Origin: an uncultured Gammaproteobacteria bacterium
GTDB lineage: Bacteria; Patescibacteriota; Microgenomatia; Levybacterales; GWA1-39-11
NCBI GenBank assembly: GCA_964651815.1
Contig: CAZYWG010000009.1
Coordinates: 601-64,600 of the forward strand
Length of the DNA stretch: 64,000 bases
Direction: 5' to 3'
Under the pieces are notes generated by a model. The model was not told where the DNA came from. It saw nothing but the letters and a program-made list of their open reading frames with translations, and ran no database searches. Positions within the stretch are counted from its first letter, which is position 1. Every line of letters begins with the position of its first letter. Positions 7,733 through 17,195 of the stretch are shown in pieces. Position numbers and translations under genes: made by a program.

Positions 7733-9499
7733 ATGACTAACCAAGATGTTGCAAAAATTCTCAGGAATGTTGCTGCTGCATTTTCTATAAAAGATGAGAA
7801 GAAGTTTATTTTCCAACTTTTGGCTTATCAAAAAGCAGCAGATACTATTTCACACCTCCCAACAGAATTAGAAGATTTGCTTAAAACTGGAGACAAAATT
7901 CCGGGGATTGGCACTTCAATACGCGCGCACCTTGAAGAACTTTACAAAAAAGGTCATGTGAAACATTTTGATGATATTTTAAAAGAGATACCTCCATCTG
8001 TTTTTCCGCTTCTTGATGTAACAGGCATGGGCCCTAAAAAAGCTTATAAACTTGTTGAAGCGCTAAAACTCAAAAATGAAAAAACTATATTTGAAGATTT
8101 AAAAAAAGCTGCAACTGACGGACGAATTGCAACACTCGAGACATTTGGCGAAAAATCCCAAAGCGATATCTTGCGTGCACTAGGTGAATTTGAACAAGGA
8201 AAAGTAAAGTCCAACAGAATGCCTTTACCTTATGCGTTTGAACTTGCTAAAAAAATCGAAGAATATCTAAAAGGGTATAAAGATGTTAAGGAAGTATTTC
8301 CGCTAGGGTCATTAAGGCGCATGCGCGACACCATTGGGGATCTTGATTTTGCTGTTGCGACCCGCGACCCACAAGGCTTGATAGAACACTTTGTGAAGTA
8401 CCCAAATATTGAAAGAGTCATTGAAAAAGGGCCAACATCCTCTTCAATTTTAGTCACCGGTGGACGTCAAGTTGACTTAATTGCTCAAACTCCAGATACA
8501 TTTGGATCACTTCTACAGCATTTTACAGGCTCGAAATATCATAATGTAGCTCTTCGCGAATATTCCTTAAAACACGGCTGGTCTCTTTCTGAAAAGGGTG
8601 TAAAGCTTTTAAAACAAAAGGGGCAACCTATGAAAAATTTCAAAACTGAAGATGAATTTTACAAATTTCTAGGAATGCAAACACCTCCTCCAGAAATTAG
8701 AGAAAATAAAGGCGAGATTGATCTTGCTTTAAAACACCAACTTCCTAAACTAGTTCAACTCTCAGATATTAAAGGCGATTTACATATTCATTCATCTTTT
8801 CCAATAGAACCTTCTCACGACATGGGAAAAAATTCTATGGAAGAAATGCTGTCTTACGCTAAAAAACTCGGATACGAATATCTTGCTTTCTCAGAACATA
8901 ATCCCAATTCAATGCTTACTCGCGACAAAACTTATTCGATTCTAGAAAAACGAAAAAAGAAAATTGAACAAATTATCGCGAGTAATAAAAGTATACGAGT
9001 ACTAAATATGCTTGAAGTTGATATTTTGCCAAGCGGTGAATTGGCAATTGATGATAAGGCACTTGAGTATATTGATGGCGCAATTGTCTCCATCCATAGC
9101 GTATTTAAAACCCCTAAATTAGAAATGACCGAGCGAGTCTTAAAAGGCTTATCGCACCCTAAAGCTCGTATACTTGCCCACCCAAGCGGAAGATTAATTA
9201 ATCAAAGAGATGGATATCAAATAGATTACGACAAAATATTTGATTTTTGTGCAAAGAATAACAAAGCCATAGAAATAAATGCTTGGCCAACAAGACTTGA
9301 CCTAACGGATTCGCTAGTTTATGAAGCAAGAAAGTTTGGCATTAAATTTACGATTGACACAGATTCTCATGCAACCAGCCACATGGACAATATGTTTTAT
9401 GGTGTAGCTGTTGCACGCCGCGGCTGGTGCGAACCAAAGGATATTTTAAACACATGGTCTTATGAAAAGTTGCATAAGTGGCTAACAGATTATAGTTAA
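7733..9499 (+). CDS. polX: DNA polymerase X family protein with a C-terminal PHP phosphoesterase domain
   Basis: N-terminal helix-hairpin-helix segments ([20 protein letters not shown]), the Pol-beta-like nucleotidyltransferase motif [17 protein letters not shown] and a PHP domain (GDLHIHSSF...HPSGRL...DTDSHA). Confidence 0.85.
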   Translation: MTNQDVAKILRNVAAAFSIKDEKKFIFQLLAYQKAADTISHLPTELEDLLKTGDKIPGIGTSIRAHLEELYKKGHVKHFDDILKEIPPSVFPLLDVTGMGPKKAYKLVEALKLKNEKTIFEDLKKAATDGRIATLETFGEKSQSDILRALGEFEQGKVKSNRMPLPYAFELAKKIEEYLKGYKDVKEVFPLGSLRRMRDTIGDLDFAVATRDPQGLIEHFVKYPNIERVIEKGPTSSSILVTGGRQVDLIAQTPDTFGSLLQHFTGSKYHNVALREYSLKHGWSLSEKGVKLLKQKGQPMKNFKTEDEFYKFLGMQTPPPEIRENKGEIDLALKHQLPKLVQLSDIKGDLHIHSSFPIEPSHDMGKNSMEEMLSYAKKLGYEYLAFSEHNPNSMLTRDKTYSILEKRKKKIEQIIASNKSIRVLNMLEVDILPSGELAIDDKALEYIDGAIVSIHSVFKTPKLEMTERVLKGLSHPKARILAHPSGRLINQRDGYQIDYDKIFDFCAKNNKAIEINAWPTRLDLTDSLVYEARKFGIKFTIDTDSHATSHMDNMFYGVAVARRGWCEPKDILNTWSYEKLHKWLTDYS

Positions 9500-9564
9500 A
9501 CTTGCTGTATACTGTAAGCTTTTCAGTTGACTTCCCGGAGCCTTTATGGCACAATACTATTACC

Positions 9565-10116
9565 ATGAATCCACTTTTTGTATTAGGAATAATAGCACTC
9601 GTCATAATTGTTTATGTCTGGTTTACATATAATAACCTCATTGTTCTTCAACAAAGAATTAAAGAAGCGTCTTCCCAAATAGATGTCCAACTAAAAAGAA
9701 GAACTGATTTAATCCCAAATCTTGTAGAGACTGTCAAAGGGTATGCGAAGCATGAAAAGGATGTTTTTGAAGACGTAACCAAGGCGCGTTCAAGTCTTAT
9801 GAAAGCAACAAGCCTCGAAGACAAGGCAAAGGCAAACAATCAAATAACAGAAGCTTTGAAGTCAATTTTTGCAGTTGCAGAGGCCTATCCGGACCTTAAG
9901 GCAAGCCAGAACTTTTTGTCACTTCAAGAAGAACTGTCTGACACAGAAAATAAAATTTCTTACTCTCGCCAATTTTACAATTCAAATGTACTGGCATTTA
10001 ACACGGCAATAAAACAATTCCCAGGTAATATATTTGCCAAGCAATTTGGTTTTTCAGAATCTGAGTTTTTTGCCGCAACTGAAGAAGAAAAAAAAGTAGT
10101 CAACGTTAAGTTTTAA
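9565..10116 (+). CDS. lemA: LemA family protein
   Basis: An N-terminal TM helix is followed by [34 protein letters not shown] and [22 protein letters not shown], both LemA signatures. The start was moved to the internal Met at 9565 (the track start at 9502 adds a non-conserved leader). Confidence 0.75.
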   Translation: MNPLFVLGIIALVIIVYVWFTYNNLIVLQQRIKEASSQIDVQLKRRTDLIPNLVETVKGYAKHEKDVFEDVTKARSSLMKATSLEDKAKANNQITEALKSIFAVAEAYPDLKASQNFLSLQEELSDTENKISYSRQFYNSNVLAFNTAIKQFPGNIFAKQFGFSESEFFAATEEEKKVVNVKF

Positions 10117-10139
10117 ACCCTTCTGCTTCCATCAAAACT

Positions 10140-11039
10140 ATGGCAGTGAAAACTATTTACACAAGTATTGCCTCTAACAAGATAAGAACCTGGATTATTA
10201 TGGTACTTTTTGTGGCCTTCTTTATTATTGTTTCATATTTTCTTGGACAAGCGCTCGGATACGGCCTTTCCATTGTTGGTATTGCACTTATTCTTTCTGG
10301 TGTCATGTCATTTTTCTCGTTTTACAATTCGGACAAACTAGTTCTCTCAATTTCCGGAGCAAAAGAAGCAGATAAAAAAACTTACCACGCTTTGTATACA
10401 ACTGTAGAAAATCTATCAATTGGCGCCGGCCTTCCTATGCCAAAGGTTTATGTTGTCCCTGATCCGTCCCCTAATGCTTTTGCAACGGGGCGTGACCCAA
10501 AGCACGCGGCGGTTTGTGCAACAACCGGGCTTCTTGATAGGTTAAATAACGCCGAATTAGAAGGGGTTATAGGTCACGAACTCTCCCACGTTGGAAATTA
10601 TGACACAAGACTTATGGGTGTTGTTTCAATCCTGGTTGGATCTATCGCAATTATGGCTAATATTTTTATGAGATCAATGTGGTTTCGCGGGCGAGACAGC
10701 GAACGGGGCAATAGTGCTGCAATTTTTATGATTATAGGACTTGTATTAGCAATTCTTGCGCCTATTGCTGCATCTTTGATCCAACTTGCCATATCGCGTA
10801 GACGAGAATACCTAGCCGACGCTGATGGAGCACTTTTGACTCGATATCCTGACGGCCTTGCCGATGCTCTCGAGAAAATTTCAAAAGACCCGAATCCTGT
10901 TATGCACGCAACAGCAGGCACCGCACATTTTTATATTTCAGACCCATTCAAAGGAAAAAATGTTGCAGGCTTTTTTACAAACCTCTTTTCAACTCACCCT
11001 CCAATTGAAGACAGAATAAAAATATTAAGGGCTATGTGA
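10140..11039 (+). CDS. htpX: HtpX-like M48 zinc metalloprotease
   Basis: HELSHV (HExxH), several TM helices and a C-terminal STHPPIEDRI motif. The gene sits in the classical LemA-HtpX pairing. Confidence 0.85.
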   Translation: MAVKTIYTSIASNKIRTWIIMVLFVAFFIIVSYFLGQALGYGLSIVGIALILSGVMSFFSFYNSDKLVLSISGAKEADKKTYHALYTTVENLSIGAGLPMPKVYVVPDPSPNAFATGRDPKHAAVCATTGLLDRLNNAELEGVIGHELSHVGNYDTRLMGVVSILVGSIAIMANIFMRSMWFRGRDSERGNSAAIFMIIGLVLAILAPIAASLIQLAISRRREYLADADGALLTRYPDGLADALEKISKDPNPVMHATAGTAHFYISDPFKGKNVAGFFTNLFSTHPPIEDRIKILRAM

Positions 11040-11080
11040 TTTTGTTAAAAAATCACCCTGAGCGTTAGCGAAGGGTCTCC

Positions 11081-11089
11081 TGTTATAAT
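11081..11089 (+). promoter_or_regulatory. Extended -10 (TGTTATAAT) 6 nt upstream of the murT ATG
   Basis: TGTTATAAT-atttat-ATG(11096) has the geometry expected for a leaderless mRNA. Confidence 0.35.
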
Positions 11090-11095
11090 ATTTAT

Positions 11096-12400
11096 ATGAA
11101 TTTTTTTCTAGTTCTTCTCGGAAAGCTTATTTTGTGGTTTTCTAAAACTTTCAACCTGGGTTCGGGTTCCACTTGGCCTGGACATATCGCAATGGAAACA
11201 AACCCCCAGTTTGTGCGTGAAATTCTTAAAAATAATCCCAATCTTAACGTAGTTTTAATAGCTGGAACCAATGGAAAAACAACCACATCTCTCATGCTTC
11301 AAAAAATGCTTGAAGAATCAAATCTCAAAGTTTTTAGAAACGAAGCCGGGGCAAATCTTCTTAACGGTATTGCTTCAACCATAATTTCAAATTCAAACTT
11401 ATTAGGGAAACTCAACTTTGACGCGGCAATCCTTGAAGTGGATGAGAACAATCTCCCACTTGCACTTATTGAATTCAAAGACTGTAAATTATCTGTAGTT
11501 TTGTTGAATCTATTTCGCGATCAACTCGACAGGTACGGTGAAGTGAATTCTATTGCCAAAAAATGGGATGAGGCGCTTCGTAAACTCCCAATCAGTGCTA
11601 CTATTTTCACCAATGGAGATGACCCAAAGCTTTCTGATGTGGTAAATGATTCAACTCTGGTCAGGTATTGTTTTGGAGTTGATGAAAGCCTTATGAAGAA
11701 AGGCCAGCCGGGATATGACGTTGACTTTATATATTGCCCTAATTGCTCAACCAAACTTAACTTTTCAAAGGTTTCATATTCTCATCTCGGAAAATTTATT
11801 TGTCCAAATTGTGGTTATACAAACCCTGAGACTGCAACCTTTTCATCCCTACCCCACCCGCTAGTTGGCCTTTACAACATTTACAATGAAAACGCAGCGG
11901 CTCTTGTTGCAAATAAAGCATTTGACGTTACTAAAGAAACTATACACAAGGCGATGGAAGGCTTTAAACCAGCTTTTGGCCGTCAAGAAACGATAAAGTA
12001 CAAAAACCGCGACGTTATAATGTTACTTTCCAAAAATCCGGCGGGATTTAACCAATCTATTGAAGCTGTAAATGACTTTAATAAAAAAGGGAATGTTTTA
12101 CTCGCTTTGAATGACAGGATCCCCGACGGCCGTGACGTCTCATGGATTTGGGACGTGGACATGGAAAACATCACTTCTGACAAAGAGATATTTATCACAG
12201 GCGACCGAGTTTATGATATGGCTTTGAGAATCAAATATTTAGGAGACAGAAAACTTGATACCAACATCTTTCCTAACCTTTTGGACGCGATTGAGGAAGC
12301 AATAAGACAGACCAAACCTGATGAGACTTTATTTATTCTTCCAACGTATTCTGCAATGTTAGACGCACGAAAAATTTTAACAGGGAAGAAGATTTTATAA
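11096..12400 (+). CDS. murT: Lipid II isoglutaminyl synthase subunit MurT (Mur-ligase-like)
   Basis: Mur ligase P-loop IAGTNGKTTT, a Cys4 ribbon CPNCSTKLNF...CPNCGY typical of MurT and a C-terminal DUF1727-like region. Confidence 0.8.
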   Translation: MNFFLVLLGKLILWFSKTFNLGSGSTWPGHIAMETNPQFVREILKNNPNLNVVLIAGTNGKTTTSLMLQKMLEESNLKVFRNEAGANLLNGIASTIISNSNLLGKLNFDAAILEVDENNLPLALIEFKDCKLSVVLLNLFRDQLDRYGEVNSIAKKWDEALRKLPISATIFTNGDDPKLSDVVNDSTLVRYCFGVDESLMKKGQPGYDVDFIYCPNCSTKLNFSKVSYSHLGKFICPNCGYTNPETATFSSLPHPLVGLYNIYNENAAALVANKAFDVTKETIHKAMEGFKPAFGRQETIKYKNRDVIMLLSKNPAGFNQSIEAVNDFNKKGNVLLALNDRIPDGRDVSWIWDVDMENITSDKEIFITGDRVYDMALRIKYLGDRKLDTNIFPNLLDAIEEAIRQTKPDETLFILPTYSAMLDARKILTGKKIL

Positions 12401-12402
12401 CT

Positions 12403-13392
12403 ATGGACACAAATCAATTTGACTATCAAGAATTTTTAAAAAAGAGGCACGCGAGATTCAATACGCCAGAAGAGTTAATTTCAAAAACAATTAAAAAAGC
12501 AACAGGACAAGATATTGCTGAAAAAAATAAGCTGATCGTTGGCGAGACAAATGAAGTTTTTGATATCAAACTCAGAAATGGAAAAGAAGTTATCCTTAGA
12601 ATTTTTCATGGTACACAAAACAAATTCATAAATGAAAAATGGGCAATGAATGAAGTTGCAAGTCACGGCGTACCGGTTGCCCGAATCCTTTCAATAGATG
12701 AAGAAAAAATTGCGGAGAATAATTTCATCCTGTGCGTTATGACAAAAATCCCGGGTTTACCTTTATCAGAGTCAGAGAATTTTAAAAATCGAGATTTTGC
12801 AAAAAAAATAATTACACAAACTGGCAGTATTGTAAGTAAAATTCACGAGGTTAAAACCCGCGGGTTTGGAGAGCTGTTAAATGGCGGCGTAGGAGAACAC
12901 AAGAGTTATGAGGAATGGATTAAGAAAATAATTAACAAGAAATCTATTTACATTGAGGTTGCAGAGAAAAATGATTTTGAGAAGGACAAAATTGGGCGTG
13001 CGGTTGACGTTCTGGTAGATAAGATAAATTTATTTTCGGGTGAGACGGCCGTTCTTTGCCACAGCGATCTTGCTCCAAAACATGTAATGGTAAATAATGG
13101 CAAAATAACCGGGATTATAGATTTTGGAAACTGTCATGGCGGCTCTCCAGTGCATGATTTTGCATGGTGGCAATACTGGCACCAAAATTATGACGAGATT
13201 GAATGGTTAAAGGCGGGATATCTAAATAAAACGATATTCGACGACAATTTTGAAACTAAATTTCATTTTCTAAAAATACTGATCTCGCTAGAGCTCTTGC
13301 ATTGGAATCATGACGTTGAACATTTAAAAGGTGTTGAGATATCTAAGGAAAATATTACAGAGGACGTAAAATATTTTTATGAAAAAAACTAA
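12403..13392 (+). CDS. Aminoglycoside/choline-kinase-like phosphotransferase (APH family)
   Basis: Brenner-type catalytic motif CHSDLAPKHVMV and IDFGNC (a DFG equivalent), with an ATP-binding N-lobe. The gene is inserted between murT and gatD. Confidence 0.65.
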   Translation: MDTNQFDYQEFLKKRHARFNTPEELISKTIKKATGQDIAEKNKLIVGETNEVFDIKLRNGKEVILRIFHGTQNKFINEKWAMNEVASHGVPVARILSIDEEKIAENNFILCVMTKIPGLPLSESENFKNRDFAKKIITQTGSIVSKIHEVKTRGFGELLNGGVGEHKSYEEWIKKIINKKSIYIEVAEKNDFEKDKIGRAVDVLVDKINLFSGETAVLCHSDLAPKHVMVNNGKITGIIDFGNCHGGSPVHDFAWWQYWHQNYDEIEWLKAGYLNKTIFDDNFETKFHFLKILISLELLHWNHDVEHLKGVEISKENITEDVKYFYEKN

Positions 13393-14155
13393 ATATTCAC
13401 TAACAATTGGATGGTTATATCCAGATTTAATGAACACATATGGTGATAGGGGTAATATTATTGTGCTTCAAAAACGCGCCGAATGGCGAGGAATCAGCGT
13501 AAAACTTGAACAAATATTTGTTAGCTCTGATTCCCAAAGTCTTAAGTCCTCCGATCTAATATTCATGGGTGGCGCTCAAGATACTCAGCAAGAAATAGTA
13601 AACCAGGATCTACAAAAAGAAAAAGGTAAGACTCTCATTGAGAAAATAGACAACGGGACGCCCGGATTATTCATTTGCGGCGCATACCAATTCCTGGGAA
13701 AATATTATAAAACAGCCGATGGGAAAGAATTAAAAGGACTGGGCCTCTTCCCGCTCTTCACAGAAAATCCAGGAGAAAACGCAAAGAGATTGATTGGAAA
13801 CGTTTTAGTCGAACCCAACAAAGCTCTTAAGTCTTCAGTCATAAATCTAAAATCACCATTAGTAGGATTTGAAAACCACGGCGGACGCACATATCTTGAT
13901 GACAAATCAATGTCCCTTGGAACGGTTGTTAATGGTCATGGAAATAACGCAAAAGATAAAACAGAAGGGATAGTTTATAAAAACGCTTTCGGTACATATC
14001 TTCATGGCCCAATCCTGCCCAAAAATCCACAGCTAGCCGATTTATTGTTAACTTTTGCGCTTGAACAAAAATATAAAGAAAAATTCCACCTAGAACCATT
14101 AGACGACTCGATTGAGACAAAAGCGCGAGAGGCAATTATTGTAAAATTAAGCTGA
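13379..14155 (+). CDS. gatD: Lipid II isoglutaminyl synthase glutaminase subunit GatD (CobB/CobQ-type GATase)
   Basis: Extensive collinearity with Staphylococcus GatD (GNIIVLQKRA, MGGAQDTQ, GLFICGAYQFLGKYY, GFENHGGRTY, GTYLHGPILPKN). Confidence 0.75.
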   Translation: MKKTKYSLTIGWLYPDLMNTYGDRGNIIVLQKRAEWRGISVKLEQIFVSSDSQSLKSSDLIFMGGAQDTQQEIVNQDLQKEKGKTLIEKIDNGTPGLFICGAYQFLGKYYKTADGKELKGLGLFPLFTENPGENAKRLIGNVLVEPNKALKSSVINLKSPLVGFENHGGRTYLDDKSMSLGTVVNGHGNNAKDKTEGIVYKNAFGTYLHGPILPKNPQLADLLLTFALEQKYKEKFHLEPLDDSIETKAREAIIVKLS

Positions 14156-14728
14156 CCTTACCACGTCTTCTAATTTTTTAAATCCGTATGTAATAGTAAA
14201 ATCTATAAGAGCGTGCCTTATTCTTCCTTCTGGACCTTCCATCAAATCTCTGCTTGGATAAAGAAGATATATTTTTGGAGCTTCACTCCCAATAGATCCA
14301 TATACGTATTGGTTGGGATCGGAAATGTGCTCCAGAAAAGGAGATTTGTCCCCTATTTTTAAAATATAGTATTCAGATAAAGCTCTATAAAGGTCTAGCC
14401 GATCTCTTCCCGGAGCCTCTTGAAGTGGACCCCCATTTATAATCTTAGTAGCTGTAACCAACGAGGGAACTTCTTTATTACCATCAGGAATTGCCATTGT
14501 TACGCTACTGTGGGGAGCAACATTTATTCCAAATTCTCCTAAAAGCTTAAATTCATTTTCAACCTTTTCTGCTTTGGCAATCTGGTCTTCAATTTTTCCA
14601 TATCCTCTTTTCAAATGAAACTCTTTTCCGAAAAATCGTCTTGTTCTGACATGGGCATATGTCGAATCATTTTCGTATTTTATTGTTTTACCTTTTAATG
14701 GCGAATGCGGCCAACTTTCATGTCTCAT
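14147..14728 (-). CDS. Hypothetical protein, probably co-transcribed with the asparaginase-like gene
   Basis: ORF of 193 aa with no motif I recognise. Its start abuts the stop of the upstream minus-strand gene (14728/14730). Confidence 0.45.
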   Translation of the reverse strand: MRHESWPHSPLKGKTIKYENDSTYAHVRTRRFFGKEFHLKRGYGKIEDQIAKAEKVENEFKLLGEFGINVAPHSSVTMAIPDGNKEVPSLVTATKIINGGPLQEAPGRDRLDLYRALSEYYILKIGDKSPFLEHISDPNQYVYGSIGSEAPKIYLLYPSRDLMEGPEGRIRHALIDFTITYGFKKLEDVVRSA

Positions 14729-14729
14729 A

Positions 14730-15776
14730 TTAAATTTTTAGATTATTAAATTGCTCATTAAGACCAAACTCTCCTACGTAAGGTGTTTTAATTATTTCAT
14801 TTACACGTGCGATTCTATCATCTTCAGGCAATTTACCACTTGCAATTTCTTCGTCTACTCTCCTTATTGCCCACGAAAACTTGGCAATAGCCACCTCGTG
14901 ACTCATACCGATTGCTGAAACTCCACCACATAGATTGATGATGCTTTCGCCGCGCAATAATTGGAGAGCAGAATCACGATCAGCGATTACTTTTGACGTC
15001 AACATCACAGGTATATTATTTCTTACTAATTCGGAAATTAGAGGTACGAAAGAATACTCTCCGCGCGTAGGAATATTCCAGGCAACAGATTCAATCACAA
15101 CCCCACGACTATTCAAACTTTCTCGATAGAATTCTGGCTCTAGACCCGGCGTTATAGGAATTACAGATATTTTTGTTTCAAAATCATTATGAAATGTATC
15201 TTCACCATCCATGTCTCTTTCTTGAATATTTTTTATGTAAACTCCGTCTGCACCTATCTCTCCAAGATAATCAAAGGGTTTTCCTGGCGTTTCGTAAAGA
15301 ACCGAAGTAGAACGTCCGTAATTTTGGATTCTACAGGTTGTTGCCCTTAATATGCGATCTTCGAATGCAACAACAACTTCATTGAAAGGTGTTTGCGCAG
15401 TGATAACACCCTTAACAAATTCTTCTCGTGCTTTACTGTGGCCATATTCCGCGGAAATATTGGATCCGGTAACAACGACAGTTTTATCAAGATTTGGGCC
15501 AAAAGCAAAAGCCAATCTTGGAGCGACATACTGGATATCAACTGCTCTTGTGGTAACAACAAAACCTGAGGCTTCACTTGTATGAATTGTGTCTGCCACT
15601 TGCTTAGCTAGTTCAACAATGCCCATTCTAGAATCGGCCAAGTTAACCACCTCAACATTGGGCATTTCTCGCAAATGCGGAGAAACTTCAAACGGGTGAG
15701 CAAAACCGGTGCGTATTCGATTTATTTCACCAGGCGTATTTATAATATTTATTACTGGAGCTTCTGCCCTAACCAT
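14730..15776 (-). CDS. L-asparaginase-family homologue with degenerate catalytic motifs
   Basis: Collinear with type I asparaginase (…GFVVTTRAVDIQY…KTVVVTGSNISAEYG…FNEVVVAFEDRILRAT…). The TGGT(IA) motif reads NTPGE and HGTDT reads TTRAV, so the catalytic Thr/Asp pair appears lost. Confidence 0.55.
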   Translation of the reverse strand: MVRAEAPVINIINTPGEINRIRTGFAHPFEVSPHLREMPNVEVVNLADSRMGIVELAKQVADTIHTSEASGFVVTTRAVDIQYVAPRLAFAFGPNLDKTVVVTGSNISAEYGHSKAREEFVKGVITAQTPFNEVVVAFEDRILRATTCRIQNYGRSTSVLYETPGKPFDYLGEIGADGVYIKNIQERDMDGEDTFHNDFETKISVIPITPGLEPEFYRESLNSRGVVIESVAWNIPTRGEYSFVPLISELVRNNIPVMLTSKVIADRDSALQLLRGESIINLCGGVSAIGMSHEVAIAKFSWAIRRVDEEIASGKLPEDDRIARVNEIIKTPYVGEFGLNEQFNNLKI

Positions 15777-15782
15777 GATCCA

Positions 15783-15791
15783 ATTCTAACA
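15783..15791 (-). promoter_or_regulatory. Extended -10 (TGTTAGAAT) 6 nt upstream of the ATG at 15776
   Basis: On the minus strand, TTGATT, 17 nt and TGTTAGAAT, then 6 nt to the ATG. A leaderless transcript is predicted. Confidence 0.4.
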
Positions 15792-15861
15792 CTTTTCGAA
15801 CTCACAATCAATGCTATAGGATTAAATCTACTATTAACTCTAGATTGTTTTTATGATAATT

Positions 15862-15870
15862 TGATAAAAT
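15862..15870 (+). promoter_or_regulatory. Extended -10 (TGATAAAAT) 6 nt upstream of the ATG at 15877
   Basis: TGATAAAAT-tcaatt-ATG. It is the divergent partner of the 15783 promoter. Confidence 0.4.
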
Positions 15871-15876
15871 TCAATT

Positions 15877-16488
15877 ATGGACAGCGACCAAGAGGTAAAA
15901 GCAGGAATGCCACCACCCGAATCGCCTTTTTCCCTTGCCGATCTTGAGAGGATATCGAACGAACTTAGAGAAAAGCTCCACGATATCACGATGGCAAAAG
16001 GTAGTGATTACGCTGAATCACATTTAACCCAACAACAAGCATATGAAGATTTTATAAACGACCAGCTGAAAAATAACAAAGATCGTTACGATCACATTTT
16101 TAAAACGGAGCCTGGATCAATATACTTCACTACAATTAGTGGGGAATCTCTTAGAATAAGAATGGATGAAGAAAGGGGATGGCAACTTCAGTTTCCCGAA
16201 AGAAGAATTATTTTCGTGGATGAGGAAGAACGAATAAGACTTCGTGGTCTAGTAAATGATAGACATTTTCCAAGAAACTTCGATGGTCAATCAATAAGAA
16301 AAACTTCCTTTGGGATCGGGGCTGTCCCAATAGAATTTGGAATTGTAGAACACGCCAAAAGAGTTGCGCAGTTAACGCCATTCACCGAAACACTAGGATC
16401 GTTAACCTTTGGAGAACAATCTCTTGATACAGACTTAATGACAAACGGATTTCACAGGGGCCATCCTATAACTCAAATTATAAAATAA
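15877..16488 (+). CDS. Hypothetical protein
   Basis: ORF of 203 aa with no motif I recognise. Confidence 0.45.
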   Translation: MDSDQEVKAGMPPPESPFSLADLERISNELREKLHDITMAKGSDYAESHLTQQQAYEDFINDQLKNNKDRYDHIFKTEPGSIYFTTISGESLRIRMDEERGWQLQFPERRIIFVDEEERIRLRGLVNDRHFPRNFDGQSIRKTSFGIGAVPIEFGIVEHAKRVAQLTPFTETLGSLTFGEQSLDTDLMTNGFHRGHPITQIIK

Positions 16489-16493
16489 GCCTC

Positions 16494-17081
16494 CTAGTCT
16501 TTAAGCCCTCCCGTTTGTTGTCTCCTGACATAGATATAAATACTAAATAGTCCATTAGCTAAAACCCAAGTCAACGGATAAAGATATGTGACTATGGTAT
16601 ATCTTTTCAAAGCATAAAGTGCCAATATAAATCTAATCGTATTAACTATGTAGCTGGTAAGCGTTTCAGTGTGAGGCTTATTCCAAGACTTTCTGATTGT
16701 CGGAATAAAGCTCAACATGTCAATTGAAGAGACGAGCACAACTGAAATAACCGGTTGTTTAGCAAAAACCCAAATGACGATTGCAACTAGAGCAAGTAAA
16801 AGAAGTATAGTGTCTGACTGAGTAATATCTTTGTCGCCAATCCTCAATCCTAAAAGGAAAATTACAAAACAAACAATCGCAGCAGCAAGAGTCACAAAAG
16901 CACCAAATCCCGCACCGGCACTCACCTGTAGCGCAAAAGCAATTGCGGTAACTAAGCTCCACAAGAACCAAGTGTAAATGTGTGGTTTTGTATTACCTTT
17001 GATAGTATCCCTAATATAGGGAACGTAACCTACAAACGTAAGAATTACGGCAATTACTCCCACAAAATCTTTGATTGTCAT
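16494..17081 (-). CDS. Small polytopic membrane protein with two PQ-loop-like repeats
   Basis: About 6 TM helices. Two internal repeats read VPYIRDTIKGNTKPHIYTWFLW and IPTIRKSWNKPHTETLTSY, reminiscent of the PQ-loop/MtN3 motif. Confidence 0.35.
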   Translation of the reverse strand: MTIKDFVGVIAVILTFVGYVPYIRDTIKGNTKPHIYTWFLWSLVTAIAFALQVSAGAGFGAFVTLAAAIVCFVIFLLGLRIGDKDITQSDTILLLLALVAIVIWVFAKQPVISVVLVSSIDMLSFIPTIRKSWNKPHTETLTSYIVNTIRFILALYALKRYTIVTYLYPLTWVLANGLFSIYIYVRRQQTGGLKD

Positions 17082-17087
17082 TAATTA

Positions 17088-17096
17088 ATTCTAACA
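17088..17096 (-). promoter_or_regulatory. Extended -10 (TGTTAGAAT) 6 nt upstream of the ATG at 17081
   Basis: The nonamer and spacing are identical to those at 15783..15791. Confidence 0.4.
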
Positions 17097-17160
17097 CAAG
17101 AAGATCAAATGAGGCTAGTTGTGCCTGAGTTACATATATTATAGGTCTCCAAAGCTACGC

Positions 17161-17189
17161 TTGTTTCTAGGCTCCAAACTCAATATAAT
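17161..17189 (+). promoter_or_regulatory. Promoter of gatC (TTGTTT, 17 nt, TATAAT, then 6 nt to the ATG)
   Basis: The -35 box is at 17161-17166 and the -10 box at 17184-17189, with the ATG at 17196. No SD sequence is present. Confidence 0.4.
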
Positions 17190-17195
17190 AAACAC

